DNA of 54,000 nt, the filler included, from Basidiobolus ranarum (taxonomy: Eukaryota): NCBI GenBank assembly GCA_040143965.1. It is 4 parts of 4 records of this genome, joined end to end, with 100 filler letters (N's around TTAATTAATTAA, not from the genome) between each part and the next. Parts side by side here need not be neighbours in the genome. Positions count along the whole stretch, not along the records: positions 27,079 to 40,496 come from JASJQH010000484.1; positions 40,597 to 54,000 come from JASJQH010000485.1; 2 more parts are not named here. One strand, 5' to 3'. The stretch's first letter is position 1. The number at the start of each line of letters is the position of its first letter. The notes under the pieces were generated by a model. That model worked only from the letters and a program-made list of their open reading frames with translations, made no database searches and was not told the DNA's origin. This document shows, piece after piece, positions 36,613 through 48,808 of this stretch. The position numbers and the translations under genes were made by a program.

Positions 36613-37302
36613 ATGCTAGGAATAACGAACACCATGTTTGACAAGGATCCAGTTTATTCTATCGATGTAGAGTGCATTGCAACCGGACGTGGTCACAACG
36701 ATCGAGCAGTTTGTAGCGTAGCAGTAGTAGATCAAAACCTTCAAGTTGTTTTTGAAAGATTGGTCAAGCCTGCACTCAAGATCCACAACTATCTTACTCC
36801 TATCACAGGTTTTACCCAAGGTGATTTGGATTGTGGGGAATCCTTGGAAGTAGTACTTCGTGATCTCTACACTTTTCTTCCAAAAAACTCCATCATCATT
36901 GGGCAGGCCATTGATGGAGACCTCACCTGGCTACGACTTCAACAAGGAGTACACTTCAAAGGACGTGTGGATTTGGCTCAAGAATTCGCTTCTCAACACC
37001 CTGTTTATGGTAGTATAATGTACCATTCTCTTGCTCATACCTCAAGAGTATTGCTTGGATATGAGTGCTTTGAATCCAGTGGCTCACACACTGCCGCTAA
37101 TGATGCCATTGCCTCGATGATGCTCTATAATGAGTACATTGTGACCAACAAGATTGCCCAGGCCAAGCATATCCTAGCGATCGCTTCACGCCCATTACCC
37201 AGCATTGCCAAACGAATGAATTATCGATGTGACGATGTCTGTATGGCAGCATATATGCCAAGACTTTGCTTTTGCGGTGCACAAAGTAAGCGCTCTTGTT
37301 GA
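36613..37302 (+). CDS. DEDDh 3'-5' exonuclease (Rex4/RNase T-like)
   Basis: ExoI SIDVEC, NYLTPITG, ExoII GQAIDGDL, ExoIII HTAANDA; Cys-rich C-terminus; TATAAA at about 36583. Confidence 0.88.
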   Translation: MLGITNTMFDKDPVYSIDVECIATGRGHNDRAVCSVAVVDQNLQVVFERLVKPALKIHNYLTPITGFTQGDLDCGESLEVVLRDLYTFLPKNSIIIGQAIDGDLTWLRLQQGVHFKGRVDLAQEFASQHPVYGSIMYHSLAHTSRVLLGYECFESSGSHTAANDAIASMMLYNEYIVTNKIAQAKHILAIASRPLPSIAKRMNYRCDDVCMAAYMPRLCFCGAQSKRSC

Positions 37303-39005
37303 GCCAGGAATCATCAAGCTACGTTTATTTCTATTTGATAGTTGAGCGAAGAATCTGCTTCTGTAGTTTTCAATCGGCATATCCCCTTCTTCGCCTCACA
37401 AACTATAGTACTATCCACAATATGATCCATTTGCCCGCCCCAAAATTTTCTTTCTATTCCAAAATTTTCGCTGCTGTATTTCGACCCAACTTGGCATCAC
37501 TAGTGCACTGATCATCTTATTTATTTAACCTTTTTCACCTGTTGCTTATGACTAATGTATATTTTTTGGACCCTTTTTTTACATTCAAACATAGTTGAGT
37601 TAGCTTGATTTACTTTTTTGGTCAGTTTAAGGAATGTTCATATGCTTGGTTGAAGAGATATTCCCCTCATTTTACCTTATCTATTATATGTTATTTATAC
37701 TCTCGTTTCTTACAACACCCTGCGACAGCGAACAAAAACTGAATTAAACACTGAATTTACTTTATCTCCTTTTATGATGGATAGTGTCGGCAGATAGCCA
37801 TGTCTTTCACATGATAATACTCGAGGTGTTTACTAGAACGTAACCTACTGGCGAGCTGCATTAGGGTCGAGTGATTTTGCTTGTGGATTGTGAAAATATA
37901 TGCTGCGGTGAGCTTTGATATCCGCAAGCTACTTCACTCTGACGATTCTAAGCATGGCTTTCAGTGAATTTTGATTCGAGTTGCATCTCATTAGTACACC
38001 CATACACCTCTATGGCGTAGTGTTATATCGCCGTTTCATCCTGATTATTATGAAGGTTATTTGACATAAGGTTATTTAATCCTCACATCACATGATTCAG
38101 TAGATTTCTTGCATACAGGTAGTGGTTCTTAGATACTACACATATATGACCATCATCTTAGGGTTGCACAGTGAACCTTGGTTCGTTTTCAACTTCTAAT
38201 GCTTGAAAAAGTGGAGGTTAGCATGCTATCTCTTTAGGCAAACGATGGGTATGAAGAGAGTTATATACCCTTGATATTGATAAAGAGTGTCTTCCTGCAA
38301 AGTAGCTAATCTCCTTTCTATATATTATAGAGTGGATCGTTGCCAGAGTTTTTGAAGACCATTTCAAATATGTTCTCTTGTTGGAAAAATTCTTGAAACA
38401 GAACCTGCTAGAAATGAATATAATTTCACAGTACGGAACGAACTCTTCGCTTTTTCCACTGGAGATCAATGGATTTGAAAGTTTTTGTTTTCTTGTGAGT
38501 TAGATTGATAGTCTTCATCCAAGTAGAAATGCATTGAAATTTGTTTCTCGTTTGAAGTGAAGCTGTCAACTGAACCAGATTAAATACTCATTACTATCAC
38601 TAATTGGCTTTAATACCTTCACATAGTCTTAGCAAATCCTTGAAGCCGTCAATGTTGATATCAAGTTGTGTAAGTACACAGTCACAATGCAATATTAATC
38701 ATAGTAGTCTAAACTCTGTGCAACGTGAGATAAAAGTAGGAGGAAGGATTTTAACCAAGAATTTGACGAAGTTTCCCCCGATTTGTAGCCACTGATTGAT
38801 CAACTTTTTGATTGATTTTGAAAAAAAAAAGTTCCTTTTGGGATCCTAAAATAAATACCACCTAGCCTTCACTTCTTTCATTGCTTTAATCGTTTGATTC
38901 AGGTATGTTATAACTTTGGGGAGTTTTTTTTTTCATGCTTATCATCCGTGCTTGGTGTCTCATCTCAATATTTCTGACTTCATACAGAGTGTCTGCACAG
39001 CGAAA

Positions 39006-40496
39006 ATGGCTTCTATCGAGGAAAAAATGAACGATCTACAGGTTAACGAGAAAGCTCAGCAAAAACCTAAGAACGCTGAGAAGAAGCCAAAGAAGGCTAA
39101 GGTTGCTAAGGGTAACGATGCCTCCTATCCACTTGAAGTAAATATTCTTTCCTTGAACTTGATCTTCGATAAATCACTCCAGTAGCTTACCTTGCTTTGA
39201 TTTCTTGTAGGTTTCTCCTCCTCCTGAATATTTGGAGCATAGAATCAAGTTGTTTGAGAAGCTCAAGCAAGAATATGAGGAAGAAGTCAAGAGTAAGTAT
39301 TTTCAATCTCTTGGTTGGTTTTTTTACTTTTATTGACTAAAGTCTCTTTATAGACAAACCTCGTGAACCTATTACTATCACTCTTGGTGATGGTAAAACC
39401 AAGGAGGGTACTTCTTGGGAAACCTGCCCTATGGATATCGCCAAGGGCATCAGCAAATCCTTGTCTGAACGTGTTGTTATTTCCAAGGTTGACGGAGTTC
39501 TCTGGGATCTTGGTCGTCCTTTCGAGAAGTCTTCTTCTCTTGAATTGATTGATTTTGACAACGATGAAGGTAAAAGAGTTTTCTGGCATTCCAGTGCCCA
39601 TATTCTCGGTGAAGCCTGCGAACGTCACTATGGATGTCACCTTTGCATTGGTCCTCCTTTGGAGGATGGTTTTTACTACGAAATGGGTGGTATGAATGAA
39701 CGTGCTGTCTCACAAGCCGATTACGGTAACTTGGAAACCCTCACCAAGAACATTGTCAAGGAAAAGCAAGTCTTTGAGCGTTTGGTTATCTCTAAGGAAA
39801 ACTTATTGGAGATGTTCAAGCACAATCCATACAAAGTACATATTATTAAGGATAAGATCCCTGATAATACCTCTACTACCGTTTATCGTTGCGGACCTCT
39901 CATTGATTTATGTCTTGGACCTCATGTTCCCCACACTGGTCGTATCAAGTCCATGGCTGTCATGAAAAACTCCGCCTCCTATTTCCTTGGTGATGCCAAC
40001 AACGATTCCCTCCAACGTATCTATGGTATCTCTTTCCCCGATAACAAGCAAATGACCGAATACAAGAAGTTCATTGAAGAGGCCGCTAAGAGAGATCACA
40101 GAAAGATTGGTCGCGAGCAAGAGCTTTACTTCTTCCACGAACTCAGCCCAGGATCTTGCTTCTTCCTCCCCCACGGTACTCGTATCTACAATACCCTCAT
40201 GGAATTCATCAGAAGTGAATACCGCAAGCGTGGCTATAGTGAAGTCGTCACCCCTAACGTTTACAACACTAAATTGTGGGAGCAATCTGGTCACTGGCAA
40301 AACTACCAAGAAAACATGTTCTCCTTTGAGATTGAAAAGGAGAAGTTTGCCCTTAAGCCTATGAATTGCCCTGGACATTGCGTTATGTTTGGTCATCGTG
40401 AACGCTCCTACCGTGAACTTCCTATTCGTATGGCTGATTTCGGTGTCTTACATAGAAATGAATTCAGTGGTGCTCTTACTGGTTTGACTAGAGTTA
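39006..40496 (+). CDS. THS1: Cytoplasmic threonyl-tRNA synthetase, 5' part (cut by contig end)
   Basis: TGS domain (LWDLGRP), [60 protein letters not shown]. Two coding introns and a probable 5' UTR intron at 38903-38987. Confidence 0.97.
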
Positions 40497-40596
40497 NNNN
40501 NNNNNNNNNNNNNNNNNNNNNNNNNNNNNNNNNNNNNNNNTTAATTAATTAANNNNNNNNNNNNNNNNNNNNNNNNNNNNNNNNNNNNNNNNNNNN
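40497..40596. other. Artificial contig spacer N44-TTAATTAATTAA-N44
   Basis: Identical 100-bp linker. Confidence 0.97.
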
Positions 40597-41514
40597 AAAT
40601 TAGCATTGCCTAAATACCTGTATAGTCATATATTTAGTTATCCTATACATCCGTTATTCTCATGAGGAATTTATTTGGAAGCTTAATGCTATATAGATTA
40701 TGAGAACTCTTGCTAGAAGCCCCAAACTTTGCACACATGTTCCTGGGACCTTCCTTAACATATTCTACACGTTAGTTTGTTTACATCTTGGCAAAACTAT
40801 AAATGTCAACTTTCTACTCAATAAATCAATAAGTGAAAACCACCAATTCCTCTAATTCTCCAAACCACTTCCAACAGGCTCCCAAATACTTTAACATTAC
40901 CTACATCTTGAAAACTATAAGCATCAACTTTTTACTCAAAAAATCAATATGTGAAAACCACCAATTTCTCCAGCTCTCTGACCACTTCCAACAGGCTCCC
41001 AAAGTACTTTAATAGTTATGACATGAATATACTTCATTTTCTATGTTATACACTTTTTCAATCCACATTTGGGCAGCATTTCAACATAAACTCTTTATTT
41101 TAATCTTGATAAATTGGCCATTTTCCAAATTCTTGTTTATACTTAGTTTTAAGTTTCTACAATACACCTTCAAGGTATTTTTGTTAAAGTATTTGGGAGC
41201 CTGTTGGAAGTGGTTTGGAGAATTAGAGGAATCGGTGGCTTTCACTTATTGTTTTATTAAGTATTCAGTGGATATTTATAGTTTTGTCAAGATGTAAACA
41301 AACTAACATGTAGAATGTGTTAAGGAAGGTCCCAGGAACATGTGTGCAAAGTTTGGGGCTTCTTTAAAAAATCTATATATCCAAGAACTTCTAAGTTGGT
41401 GTCAATATTCTAAGTAAATTCCTCATGAGAATAATGGATAATATCTTAGTGAATTATAAGATAACTAGTACTAAGCTATATATAACTATATAGGTGTTTA
41501 GGCAATGTTAATTT
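40597..41514. mobile_element. Non-autonomous foldback/MITE-like element with ~300-bp inverted arms (left end cut by the contig edge)
   Basis: 40597-40896 is the reverse complement of about 41182-41514 (e.g. AGAAGCCCCAAACTTTGCACACATGTTCCTGGGACCTTCCTTAACA). Internal ~115-bp direct repeat (about 40782-40894 vs 40902-41012). No transposase. Confidence 0.8.
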
Positions 41515-41890
41515 CAACATTTTTGGGAAATTGGTCTTTTATGCTTTCATGAGTACAATGAGATAAATGACTCTGAAACACTGCACTACTTAACACCTCC
41601 ATCATTCTTTAATGAGAAAAATCCATATCCATCAGTATTATCATTGGGATTTACATGACAGTAATAAATCAAGCGGCAGAAGCGGATAATATAAAATGCT
41701 TCAACATGGGTAAGGGGAAATGTTTCTAATTTCCATCATTTCTAGAATTATGGATTTACTGAAAATAACCCCAATCTCAGCAATCCAAATACTTAAATCT
41801 GCAACCAGTTTCATGATTTTATTTAATTAAATAGTAGATATGATTCCAGGATAATATCTTGTGTAATGAAGTATACAACAATAGAGCAAG

Positions 41891-42935
41891 CTATATCAAA
41901 TTGAAACTGATGATGACCATTACTGCAACAAATGTTTCAATATTAAAGCGATTCGTTTCTACCGAAGAACGAAAAGAGTTGGTATTGACGATCGAGTCAG
42001 CGCGATAAGGAATATCAGCATTGTCGGAATTAGGCTTATCATAGCCTCCTCCTCTATACATAGGTACCTGATTATTCAAGCATTCAGCGACCGTCTCAAA
42101 CGAGTAATTCTTGGCCTTGATAGCATCTATAATATCCGAAACGTATTTCATGCTGAACTCCAAAGTGTCATGTTGTAAACTGATGAAGCTTTGTTCGTTG
42201 ATGTTACTTGCTTTCACCTCATCCACAATATTGCTCAAGATCCGAGTGTGATTTTCTGGTTGCTCTAGATATCTCCAGTCTGAACTGAATGTTAGTCAAT
42301 TCAACGCGTTTAGTGAATGATATAATGGAGTTTACCGTTGGAATCCAAGTTCCAGTTGATAATTGAGTAGCCCATCTTGTGGATTGTCTCTTGGCACGGT
42401 TCTGAGCATTCACCGTATGGGGGTCTGGTAAAATCAGTATTAGACAAAAATACTGGTGTGAAATCCTCTTATGCCTTACCTGATATAATTTGGGGCCACT
42501 TGGATGGCGTTGTAAACTGCCTGGGCATTCAGAGTAAACTCTTCCTTGATGGCCTCTTGGGTTAAGGTATCCAAATGAGGATGGGTATTGGTATGTAGGG
42601 CAATCTGGTGGCCCGCATCAAAGGTTTGTTTTAAAAAAGCCATTAAACTAGATTGTGCTGCTTGGACTCCTAAAACGAAGAATGTTGCCGTGACATTCTT
42701 TTCTTTTAATACCCTCAAGAGATCTGGAGTGTATGCGCTTGGTCCTAGAGAAAGGTTAATTTTGGTTTATCTGACAATCTACATTAATTATAATCAACCT
42801 ACCATCATCGAAGGTCAATGCAAATACCCCAGGTTTGTTACAAGTCTTAACTACGCCAGCAATTGGCTCTTGAGCACCTGTATACTTTATGAAGGAATAA
42901 GCGCAAACTGTAAGAGCAAATGAACGAATATACAT
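41891..42935 (-). CDS. Chitin deacetylase (CE4/NodB), secreted, probable GPI anchor; 4 exons
   Basis: Signal peptide, FALTFDD|GP, ATFFVLG, HTNTHPHL, R|PPYG, WNLDSN|DW, SLQHD, VAECL, hydrophobic C-terminus. Confidence 0.93.
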
Positions 42936-43345
42936 TTTATCTAATGATGAAGTGATATTGTTTGGTCCTGAGATTCAGTACTTATATACAGGCGGCAAAG
43001 GTAGAAATCAGAGATTGGGAGATGCTTACATGTGCATTGAGTTAAGGTTATTTCTTCTTCTTGCACGAACTAACACATTAAATCCGTTGGTACTCTATTC
43101 TGACGTCCATTCGTTTTCCCTATACTTTAAATCATTCTATTAATAAGCTTGATATTTGCCACTTCAGTCAATTCAATTCTACTCCGCGGCTTCTACATGA
43201 TCGAGAGTGAGGAATAAAAGAGATCATAAGCATCATTGAACAGCAATATGCACACATATACGGCGAAAGGATAAAGTCCCTCTTGCATGGTTAGAGTAAA
43301 TATGAGACCGGTTTACAAAGTTATAAAAGTCAAATCACCAACGGT

Positions 43346-43485
43346 AGCACTTGAGATGGTAAAACAAAGTCTAGTAAACAATTGGTTTAATGGATTTGTC
43401 TGCAAAGAGATTCTAAGCACTTGGGATGGTAAAACAAAGTCTAGTAAACAATTGATTTAATGGATTTGTCTGCAAAGAGATTCTA
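43346..43485. repeat. Tandem duplication, 2 x 70 bp
   Basis: AGCACTTG(A/G)GATGGTAAAACAAAGTCTAGTAAACAATTG(G/A)TTTAATGGATTTGTCTGCAAAGAGATTCTA twice, with two mismatches. Confidence 0.92.
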
Positions 43486-43916
43486 TATCGTACATATAGG
43501 CTATAAATGCGCACCAACTAGGTGAAGTACAACAATGCATATGCAACATCAAACTTCCGAACAACATAATGGGGAACAAAGAGATTGACGTATTTATACG
43601 AAATCGGGAATTACATCAATGTTGGAGAATATTGAAGAATGCACAGATGTCATCCAGTTAGATAGAGATCGAGGCTTAAAGAAACCCCTTCAAATGAGTA
43701 TCTCTGTTCATCTCTGGGTCTTCTCTTCACCTTAACCACGCGATCGATTGGATGTAATTGGAGAAAATAAGGGGTTGTAAATTTAATTCTCAAGTTAATT
43801 ATAAAGAGTCAATTTCCTCGTTTAAATCCTGGGACTGCATTGAGTTTGACTCTTCCTTTTGAAGATTTGCTAGGTTTTTCCAGAGACTCTCTAACTAGAC
43901 CACAACAAGGTAGAGA

Positions 43917-44738
43917 ATGCGAAGCATAGCGTTGGTCGGAAAAGGACTTTGGCTCGTTAGCATTTGGAGTTCAGTGTCAGCGTTGAATATAGGTGATACC
44001 TGTGTACCTAACAATAATGTCCAAATACATGAAAAGGGACCCTGTCAAAACTATACGCTAGCTTGTGATCCTACATACACTGTATGTCAACTCAAAGGGT
44101 GCAAATTTAATGAGTCTCCTTTCGGTTGGCCCTTGGAATGGCAAATGCCCCCGTCATGTAATACTGACCTAGAGTATTGTCCAAACGATCAGCTCAAATG
44201 CGAACCTAAAATTAAAACTGGGGATGTCTGCGCGACTGGAAGAGATGATTCGTGTGCTGAGAAAGAGAGTGTCTGTTTAGGGCAACGATGCACTCTCAAA
44301 AACATTCCACTAAATCAGCCCTGTAACCTTGATAACACCACCGTCGACAGCATTAGTCGGGATAATTGCGGTAAGGGAACATTCTGTTCCAATCCGGGCC
44401 TTCTATGTGTTGTTTCATATAGTAACGGGGCAAAGTGTGTAGAAGATCGTCAATGTCTGTCGAATAACTGTCTTAATAGTAAAAGCATTTGCTCAGATGG
44501 AGAAGATTATAACCATTTTCCTATTTGGGGATATATCCTGATTGGTATAGGAATTCTCGCAACGATATCTGCGCTCATTTTGATCTTGTACCTGCGTAGA
44601 CGTCGTAGAAATGCGGAATACAAAAAGGCCTTTCAAGAGAATGACCAAATCGAACCCAAGTCGAATAACCATGATGCTCTGACCTCAAGTGACCCAAATG
44701 AATTTGTAACCATTATTCCTGAACCACGCCCAGCCTAG
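43917..44738 (+). CDS. Cys-rich type I membrane protein of unknown function
   Basis: 273-aa ORF: signal peptide, Cys-rich ectodomain, TM helix (IWGYILIGIGILATISALILILYL), RRRRR stop-transfer, short tail. Confidence 0.85.
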   Translation: MRSIALVGKGLWLVSIWSSVSALNIGDTCVPNNNVQIHEKGPCQNYTLACDPTYTVCQLKGCKFNESPFGWPLEWQMPPSCNTDLEYCPNDQLKCEPKIKTGDVCATGRDDSCAEKESVCLGQRCTLKNIPLNQPCNLDNTTVDSISRDNCGKGTFCSNPGLLCVVSYSNGAKCVEDRQCLSNNCLNSKSICSDGEDYNHFPIWGYILIGIGILATISALILILYLRRRRRNAEYKKAFQENDQIEPKSNNHDALTSSDPNEFVTIIPEPRPA

Positions 44739-45460
44739 ACACTTCTTTTTGAGCGATAAATAAACCATTCTTGATGCCTAGCCCTAACCCTAATCCCAAC
44801 ATCACTATTACAACCTCAACCATGGGCCGTTTCATCACCAACCCTAACCCCAAATGGTGTAAAGTACTTAACTTACCCTAACCCTGTATGGATAAAGTAG
44901 GTAAATTCACCCCTGAGACACATACATACCCGAAGGTTTAGCCATGGTAGATATGAATCTAGCCCTAAAACCAATACCGTTTGGATATATGGTTATTTTG
45001 GATGTATGTTCAGCTTGGGTAATAGTGAATGACCAAAGTACAGTGATTAGTGAATAATTGATAATATATTAGTAGAGGTTGTGCGGATCAAGCGATCCTT
45101 AAACACAAGAATTTCACTTGTTCATGTGATAACTTCTCTCCACTTTCTTCACTGGCTGATTTAATCTATGTCTACGTAGCAAGATTCAATCCCACAATAA
45201 CAATCGGTTCATATATATATATACATGTATCCCCATGGATGGCGTGGATCTGTGTGAATCTACACATGAGTGAGTAAAATATCTCTTTTCAATGGGAGTT
45301 AACATAAAGTGGTCTCCTTAATAAACATTGTTACCTTGATGGGAGATGTACCAATGAGATATTCCAACTAACAGGAATAATCCAACTATAAGTTTAGTCT
45401 GCTTTTCTATATATATTGATGAAACGACACGACAAAGTTATTCATCACTTACAACTAACA

Positions 45461-46194
45461 ATGGTTACTGACTATCCTTCTAAGCCTATTGCCAACCCTG
45501 CTCCCCTCGGACTTTCTGGATTTGCTTTGACTACCTTTGTACTTTCTCTTGTAAATACCGGAGTAGCCACCGACATTCCTAATGTCGTTGTCGGCCTCGC
45601 GTTCTTCTATGGTGGTCTTGTACAGGTTTGTGCCTTCATCATACTATTTCTGGTGCCTACCAATTCATATCTAATCATGTCCTTTATAATTAGCTTCTTG
45701 CTGGTATGTGGGAGTTCAAATGTGGTAATGTGTTTGGAGCGACTGCCTTTTCATCATACGGAGGTTTCTGGTTATCTTTTGCCGCAATTCTTTCCCCATC
45801 CTTTGCAATCGGTTCGGCCTACACCGATGGAAAACTCAATACTGCCCTTGGTTTCTACCTTCTCGGTAAATATAAAGAAATACCTATGATTCATAAATTC
45901 AATTGTTTATTTACCTTTATTTCGATAGGATGGACCATCTTCACCGTGATCATGACCTTGGGAACATTGAAGGCTGCTCGTGCTATGTTTGCACTTTTCT
46001 TCTTTTTGTCCATAACCTTCCTTCTTTTAACTATTGGTCACTTCGCCAGTGCCACCATTGTTAACAATGTTGCAGGTTGGTTTGGTCTTGTCACCGCATT
46101 TATTGCTTGGTATAATGCAGCAGCTGCCATTATCACCAGAGAATCATCGTATATCGTTTTACCAGTTGGTCATGTCAAAGCAGAGCATGCATAA
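45461..46194 (+). CDS. ADY2: GPR1/FUN34/YaaH-family acetate transporter (Ady2/AcpA-like); 3 exons
   Basis: [55 protein letters not shown]. Introns 45626-45693 and 45866-45928. Confidence 0.93.
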
Positions 46195-46824
46195 ATTTGA
46201 AATAGGAACAATTTAAACTTCATTATCACCTATATTTCACTTAGCATATGGTCACCTTTATCATGGCATCACTTTCACTTGTCCACTTTTATTTGATCTA
46301 ATTCCACCCAAAAACGACCGAAAGAAAAATAAATGGAAAATTTTCCAGAACTCAATCTGACATTTCCTGTTCCTGACATGATGGTTTTTGATAGATGCAA
46401 CCAGTCCAGCTCTCTATGTCATACAAATCCCATGCTATTTATCAAGCTAAACATGATTAGATTTACCGAGAAATAAGAAGGTATTTGCACTGATTATCAG
46501 TGAATGATGAAATTAACTTTGGTTTAAGTTGCACGAAATTCGAATGATAGATGGATGACAATCCAAGAACAGTTTAATCAGGTTTCATCTAACCATTAGA
46601 CAAGAGTGACATGTATAGTCAATAAAGGGATTCGATTGGAATTTCCTATTTCATTGAATCAACTGGTTCGATGAACCAACAAGGAAATCAGCAAGTTCCA
46701 GTGGAAGTGAAGTAAAAGATGGTGTTACACGTCAAAGCCATGTCTCGGAGATATACCATCTTGACAACATTTGAACTTCGGCTCGGATAATAGCTGGGAA
46801 TTTTCATGGAATTTAGAATGATGG

Positions 46825-46886
46825 ATTCAGCCATGTATAATCATATGTTAAAGTAAATTCAGCCATGTATAATCATATGTTAAAGT
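46825..46886. repeat. Tandem duplication, 2 x ~32 bp
   Basis: ATTCAGCCATGTATAATCATATGTTAAAGT twice. Confidence 0.85.
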
Positions 46887-47742
46887 GAATACTTACTCTC
46901 TCCTTCATCCTCATTAATTTTCATCTGAATCTAATTTAGAACACTTGTTCAACGTGTAATTTGCCGAGCTGTTTGATTTAGCCGGAGTAAGATAGAATTA
47001 AATGGTTTCGAGTACAGAGGACGATCTGATCATCACTAACTGAGCTATGGTAACCTCATATAACCAGTTTTTAATGATGCGATCACAACCTGATGCTCGA
47101 ACTGGTAGGGAAATAGTGGCATGTGGTGAAGAGTCGTTTATAAGGGAAGAATTAATATAATATTAATAAATATAGTCGGAGTAATCGGATGGAACGGGTG
47201 GATTAACTCATCCGAAATATGAACCATCCAAAGAATATATGAACACTCCAGCTGATCAGTTATCAAGGGACCAAAGTATTGACACCGGGATATACATCTC
47301 ACCCAGGCCTATTGTGAATAGTATAATGGGGCATGAGAAAGGTGGGGTACAGCTAAAATTGGAAGTTTAGAACAGTAGGTATCTTAAACTAGTGTTACTT
47401 AATGGGTAACATCTATCCAATTAATCTCTACTAGACCATATTCAAGAAGAAGTCACAAGGTATATTAAAGAAGTCACAAGGTTACGAACTTATGACAGCT
47501 GGACTTTTTCGTTGTAGATAACAAAACGATGGCAATGGATTTAAGTACACTGATGTGATATATTTATCAAAGCTCAAAGACATTCGACATCATTCAATGT
47601 AGGCTGATTTCCTATATACCTCATATGATGCTTCGAAGTCAATTGGTTGTTAACATCTATCAGGGTTTATTGGTTATAGTCAGGCTCAAAATGGGATTCT
47701 TAAATTAAGGAGAATTCAGTGATTGAAATAGGATATTTTATC

Positions 47743-48808
47743 TTACAAAAGAAAACTCATTATCAAGGGAATTGATAATCCAGTTGAGATCCATATTCGA
47801 CACGCTTTAGAGGAGTAATGAGGAAATTCAATTGGATTCGTTGGTAAATTTACGTTTGTAGAAACGAAGCTAGACGGTTTAATGTTAGTTGGTAAGGGGT
47901 TTCGTGTGAGAGTTGGAGGACGATACATCGGTACTTGATTTCCTAAACATTCAGCTACAGTTACTAGCTTATATCCTTTACTGAGCACCAAGTCAATGAT
48001 GTTGGTTGTTGCATTAACACTAGAGGCGTCAGTATCATGTTGTAAGGATATATAACTTCCACTAATATAGGGCTTATTCTGTACTTCTGTAGCAATATTC
48101 GCTAATATTTTCCATTGTTCAGATGGATTGCCTCGGTATTGCCAGTCTAAAAATTCATTTGATTAATTCAGCTTGTGAATAAAGTCTCTGTGCTAATGTT
48201 AACTCACCTTGACTATCTACATTCCAATTTACCACGGTATAGTCCAGAGATAACAAGGCAAGCCGAGTGTTATCATTACACTCACCATACGGTGGTCTAG
48301 AGAGAGAGAGGGAAGAGTCAATAGGTTTAATCAAGAAATAAGTGGAGATATTTAGTTTCACACCTCATGTAGTTTGGCCTAACACCAATTGCCATTTCCA
48401 CCGCTTGCTCGTTTGCTTTCATTTCGCTAGCGATTTCATTTACAGATAATGTATTGAGATGTGGATGAGAATCAGTATGAAGAGCGATTTGATGCCCTTG
48501 GGCATAAGCTTCCTTTAGCTGAGATACATGTTGGGAGTTCCGTATATTTACCCCTAAAACAAAGAGAGTCGCCTTCACATTCCGTTCCAGGAATATTTTC
48601 AATAGTTTAGAAGTAAATGGTCCTGGACCTATGGAAGCAGTTAGTTAGTAGCATATGGGATTACTTGAAGACTAGTGAGCGTACCATCATCGAATGTTAG
48701 AGCGAATAGTCCTGGTTGCTTACACTCCAAAAAGATTCCTTGACCTGAATCTTGTGTTAACACTGGAGTGAATATCGATAGATAAGTTAGAAAGGTTGCC
48801 CAGCGCAT
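47743..48808 (-). CDS. Chitin deacetylase (CE4/NodB) paralog, secreted, probable GPI anchor; 4 exons
   Basis: Signal peptide, FALTFDD|GP, ATLFVLG, HTDSHPHL, R|PPYG, WNVDSQ|DW, SLQHD, VAECL, hydrophobic C-terminus. Same three intron positions as 41891-42935. Confidence 0.93.

Noticed and set aside
8392-48808. One large chitin-utilisation cluster joining the LPMO and the chitin deacetylases
   Set aside because: They lie on different contigs separated by artificial spacers.
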